Part shown: positions 60,601 to 64,000 of the stretch, in pieces | Layout: each line of letters starts with the position of its first letter | Numbering within the stretch: position 1 is the stretch's first letter | DNA from: an uncultured Planctomycetaceae bacterium | GTDB lineage: Bacteria > Planctomycetota > Planctomycetia > Planctomycetales > Planctomycetaceae | DNA length: 64,000 bases | Direction: 5' to 3' | Assembly (NCBI GenBank): GCA_963976765.1 | Contig: CAXBME010000009.1 | Coordinates: 124,001 to 188,000, forward strand | Notes under the pieces: model-generated | Databases searched by the model: none | What the model saw: the letters and a program-made list of their open reading frames with translations, nothing else | What the model was told of the DNA's origin: nothing | Translations under genes and position numbers: made by a program

Positions 60601-62528
60601 GGTTTCTCCTCAACGATGCGGGCCAGTTCAGCGATCGAGCCTTCAATAAAATTCCCCTGACTGAGGGAAAGACCATGCTTCAGAATGGCTACGCCACCAA
60701 GTTCCAGAATGCACCAGAGTCGGTCTTTGCATTTGTACTTCGGCCGAATGTCAAAGGCGTTCCAGGCAATGCCGAACTTCAACACTGATCGCAGGTCCTG
60801 CCGACTCGCAGTGAGTTTGTCGTACTCTTCCTGGGGTACTCCGTAGGAATTGGGACGTAGCCACCCATTCGGCTGCAGAGTTGTCTCGCGACACCGTTTT
60901 CCAAGAGCGTCGACGAGATGCCTGACCTGCGGGTGCCACGGGAAGTTCCATTCCCGCATGATCCGGTCCGCCTCATCCCGCAGAATGTGGTTCTGGTCGC
61001 GCGGTTTGAGAAGCCCTGGCTTTCCCCGGGTTAATTGTGTTGCGCTTCGCTCAACCAGCTCGCCGGCAAGGCGCAGGAATGTCTCTGCATTCTCCGTGGC
61101 GACGTCGGCGATCCGGTCGATCCCGTAGTAGTAAGGCCGCTTGTTCCTGTGGAGAAGCACGAGATTCGCCGACTCGAACACTTCCGCATTGGCAGCCACG
61201 GGCCGACTTGGCTCCGGGTCATCCACTTCTGGAAACAGACTCGGCCCTTTCGTCCGCTTTCGATACCGGTACATCAGAATTTGCAACATCGCGTGGAACA
61301 CATCTGTGTTCCGTTCAAGGTCAGAGTCTGGTTGCCGGCTCGACTGCAGGTAGTTGTTGACTGACTGCTCCAGCGACTGACGTCGCGAATCGGACACGTT
61401 CAGTCGTCGCTGAACCTTGGCCGATTCATCCTCTAATTGACGTACGGTCGCGTCACTGACCGTTGGTAACTCATGCTCAAGCAGGCTGACGAACGAAGTA
61501 ATACCCCGCTGCTGGAACACCGAAATGTGGCGCAAGTAGCGGTCTGCCATGCTGCGTGCCATGCCGCGAAACTTGCGTTTCTCTCTTCCTTCTTTTCCCT
61601 GAAGTCGAACGAACAGAAGTTCGCGTCTTGTCTTCATCCCGGTGTGTGGCTGCGTAGCCTCTGGATCAGTCGAAGCTGCGCTCAACACTTCGTCCGGGCT
61701 CAGTACATCCAGCCGCGTCAGCAACCACCGCGCTACTCGAATTTCCCGACGCGTCAGCCAACGTGTCAGTTCCTTGTATTGCTCCTGATGTAGCTCGTGA
61801 GCATCGTCGAAGATGGCCAGAGGGCGTAAGTTAAACTCGACTCCGTCGTCTCCTCGAACACGAAAGGCTTCAATGACATCGAATGGCTGGTAGGCCTTCG
61901 TTGCATCTTCTTCGAGTTGCTCCACCGGAGGCGGCAGCAGTGCCGCAACAATCGAGTAGAGAGCGGACTCGACCTCGCATGCACGTTTGAGCAGTTGCGC
62001 TGCAGCAGTTCCGCCTATTGAGGCGACTGTCGCCTCAGCGTCCTGCCTGGCAACAGCCTGAACGTCATCCAGCGAATAACCTGCTTCTTCAAGTTGTCTC
62101 AACCAGGCAATGACAGATCGCGCCTGAAGCAGCGATGTCATGAGCCCAGCCTTCAGGCTTTCGGGGTAAGGGCACTCCCAGAAGTCGCGGTAGTCAGACT
62201 CCAGTTGAAGCCGGCACCCTAGTATCAGCGGTCTGTCGTCAGCGAGGACTCCACAGTTTGCGAGCGCGGCCACAAGTTCCGTGTAGTCTTTCTCGCGGTT
62301 GCCACGCATCTGCAATAGCGTCTGCACGGAACGGAACGAAAACGTTCTGCCAATGGTCGTCTTGCCGCTCCCTGGAGTACCGCAAATAACAACAGGTCGA
62401 TCGTAGAGGTCGCTGTTCTGCGCATGCTTCTCCAGGAATCGCGTGATCGGTTCTGGCGCAACGACGGATAGAAACGCCACGTCGTCTCGAAAATGTTCCG
62501 TTGTACGTTTTTTGAACGGATTATCCAT
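60597..62528 (-). CDS. P-loop ATPase (ORC/CDC6- or STAND-like)
   Basis: NPF N-terminus, Walker A GTPGSGKT, Walker B AIFDDAHEL, PYYYG, wHTH-like C-terminus. Confidence 0.75.
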   Translation of the reverse strand: MDNPFKKRTTEHFRDDVAFLSVVAPEPITRFLEKHAQNSDLYDRPVVICGTPGSGKTTIGRTFSFRSVQTLLQMRGNREKDYTELVAALANCGVLADDRPLILGCRLQLESDYRDFWECPYPESLKAGLMTSLLQARSVIAWLRQLEEAGYSLDDVQAVARQDAEATVASIGGTAAAQLLKRACEVESALYSIVAALLPPPVEQLEEDATKAYQPFDVIEAFRVRGDDGVEFNLRPLAIFDDAHELHQEQYKELTRWLTRREIRVARWLLTRLDVLSPDEVLSAASTDPEATQPHTGMKTRRELLFVRLQGKEGREKRKFRGMARSMADRYLRHISVFQQRGITSFVSLLEHELPTVSDATVRQLEDESAKVQRRLNVSDSRRQSLEQSVNNYLQSSRQPDSDLERNTDVFHAMLQILMYRYRKRTKGPSLFPEVDDPEPSRPVAANAEVFESANLVLLHRNKRPYYYGIDRIADVATENAETFLRLAGELVERSATQLTRGKPGLLKPRDQNHILRDEADRIMREWNFPWHPQVRHLVDALGKRCRETTLQPNGWLRPNSYGVPQEEYDKLTASRQDLRSVLKFGIAWNAFDIRPKYKCKDRLWCILELGGVAILKHGLSLSQGNFIEGSIAELARIVEEKP

Positions 62529-63663
62529 TCAGCACCTGTCCCTGCTTATCCAGGGAATCATCAAGCACGTCGTGCCGCTGTCTTCTGGGAAAGAGCGGCC
62601 GCATCTGATGCACGTCCTGATTCCCTGAACTTGTCGCCCACAGAAGAGGAATCGTGTTGTTCGGAGTGTTGTGGTCGAGAATGACGGGCAGTCGGCTGTC
62701 GCCGTAGCCAAACATCATTGATTCGCAACCACTTTCACGCACATGCTTCTCTGGCGCGATGGATGCGTCGAAGTGCCTCGAAATCAGATCGAGCACGTCG
62801 GCATTCTCTGTTTCTTCCATCCGAATGGACTGCGGCAGCACCATCCCGAACGTGAATTCGGCATCGAACCAGTTGCCCTCAGCGGCACGTTCTGCATGTC
62901 TCTGCAATACTGCCTCTCGTGCACGCTGAGTGGCCAGATAATGATGGACGTGAATTCTGACGTCGTCGGAAAGGTGGCTTCCTGCAAACTGCCGCGACTC
63001 GTCCCAGAAACGGCGCAGCTTCCCCTTCCACTTCCCATCCACGAAACGCAACAGGCTGGTTCCGCTTGCGGTAAAGTCGTCAAGTAGAAAGACGAATTCA
63101 AAGCGAGCCTCGGCGTCTCCCAGCTCGTCTTGAAGGTCCTTGAGCAGGTCGTCCCACTTTTCTCTATTAAAACGTGACGTGGTGACAATCTGCTCGTTCG
63201 AGATGGTGCCAGGATTCGCTCGCCGAAACACATCGATGCGCGCACCATCGCTCAGTTCGATAAAGAGGCACTTTCTTTGCAATTTTCCCAATGCATTGCT
63301 GGCCTCTTGATGAACACGAACCTGGTAGTCTGCGATGCCATAACTGTCTGCAACAAACCGTAAGATTTCCGGTCGAAAAAACTCAGGCCAGCTCAGCCCA
63401 ATCAGGTGGTGCATCTCTGCTGTGCTGATGAAGATGAGCTGATCGCGAACGAAGCGGTAAGCCGTTTTACGGTCTTCAAGTGCTCCGAATTGTTGAACCC
63501 AATCCAGCAACCGCTCTGAAAAGCGGGCACCGGCAAGGAAATCCTGATAGCCGTCGTACTTCATCCGCGACATCAGTTCGATACGCGCAAATTCAGCTTG
63601 AGCCGTGTCGTCGTCCCACGACATGACCTCAGCCAGCTTACGGAGAACGTATTGAAGGTTCAT
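62521..63663 (-). CDS. phosphoribosyltransferase-like protein (conflict-type PRTase)
   Basis: PRPP loop FLLDDFTASGTS; GYG..LPVIL.HNTPNNTIPLLW..PLFPR. Confidence 0.8.
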   Translation of the reverse strand: MNLQYVLRKLAEVMSWDDDTAQAEFARIELMSRMKYDGYQDFLAGARFSERLLDWVQQFGALEDRKTAYRFVRDQLIFISTAEMHHLIGLSWPEFFRPEILRFVADSYGIADYQVRVHQEASNALGKLQRKCLFIELSDGARIDVFRRANPGTISNEQIVTTSRFNREKWDDLLKDLQDELGDAEARFEFVFLLDDFTASGTSLLRFVDGKWKGKLRRFWDESRQFAGSHLSDDVRIHVHHYLATQRAREAVLQRHAERAAEGNWFDAEFTFGMVLPQSIRMEETENADVLDLISRHFDASIAPEKHVRESGCESMMFGYGDSRLPVILDHNTPNNTIPLLWATSSGNQDVHQMRPLFPRRQRHDVLDDSLDKQGQVLNG

Positions 63664-63998
63664 GGTCGCGGCTTTCGCTTGAGTCGGTTCACATCAATTC
63701 GAAATCGGCCGTCCTTTGCGATCATGGCATTCAAATATACGACTGCTGCCTGCGGTCCCAGGTATCCGGCAGGCGCTACGTTCCAGCCCGAGGCCGAGTC
63801 CGGAGACACCTGTGCGACACTGAGAGAATATGGTTCCGCAAGCAGTTCAAAGTCGTTACCGGGGGCGCACCCGAGGTCACCCACCGTCAATACTGGCTCG
63901 TCATCACCCCACCCATGATTCGCGCTCAGAGCCTCAAGGACAGCCAGCTTAGATACGCCCGAGGCCAGAATGTCGACCGAGTGTGTTGACCAGAGAAC
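63660..63998 (-). CDS. HAD-IIB family phosphatase, 5'-partial
   Basis: Frame is open to the window edge: STHSVDILASGVSK (motif III Lys) and TVGDLGCAPGNDFELL (motif IV). Confidence 0.75.
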   Translation of the reverse strand, partial: VLWSTHSVDILASGVSKLAVLEALSANHGWGDDEPVLTVGDLGCAPGNDFELLAEPYSLSVAQVSPDSASGWNVAPAGYLGPQAAVVYLNAMIAKDGRFRIDVNRLKRKPRP

Positions 63999-64000
63999 TC

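Larger units (their letters stand above)
37316..64000. mobile_element. Tn7-like transposon / genomic island, far end outside window
   Basis: Terminal repeats at 37316, intact-looking tnsA/B/C/tniQ, accessory cargo. No matching end seen before 64000. Confidence 0.7.

Overview
Planctomycete-type genomic window (DUF1549/DUF1553 plus DUF1501 pair, many planctomycete-style hypothetical proteins) in two halves. Left half (1-37.3 kb): 3' end of a BNR/sialidase gene, small orphan genes including a VapA/VapB-like protein, a HlyD-ABC-TolC efflux set, a large inorganic-carbon/pH cluster (NhaA, DabA, DabB, an extra NuoM-like subunit, SulP fused to a P-II/SbtB-like domain, an atypical beta-carbonic anhydrase), GntR-DUF1553-DUF1501, an OprO/P porin, a histidine kinase with a sigma54 activator, and stress-type genes. 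At least eight sigma54 -24/-12 motifs precede these units. At 37266-37446 two Tn7-like transposon ends with identical 12-bp termini abut across exactly 5 bp. Right half (37.3-64 kb) is a Tn7-like element running off the window: a leftward module with a degenerate DnaG-like gene and two paralogous putative DNA-binding proteins, a CI-like repressor, an operon ku-tnsA-tnsB-tnsC-tniQ (TniQ with about five HTH repeats, no cas genes seen), a DUF1257/DUF2997/TOPRIM/AAA/DUF3150-like block, a Ubl-E2-JAB-E1 ubiquitin-like cassette, and a convergent putative defence operon (HAD, PRTase, P-loop ATPase, CARF-like, PfkB). Best candidates for an undescribed system are the Ku-coupled Tn7-like transposon with its end-to-end junction and the HAD/PRTase/ATPase/PfkB operon. 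All family calls come from reading motifs by eye; no database searches were run.
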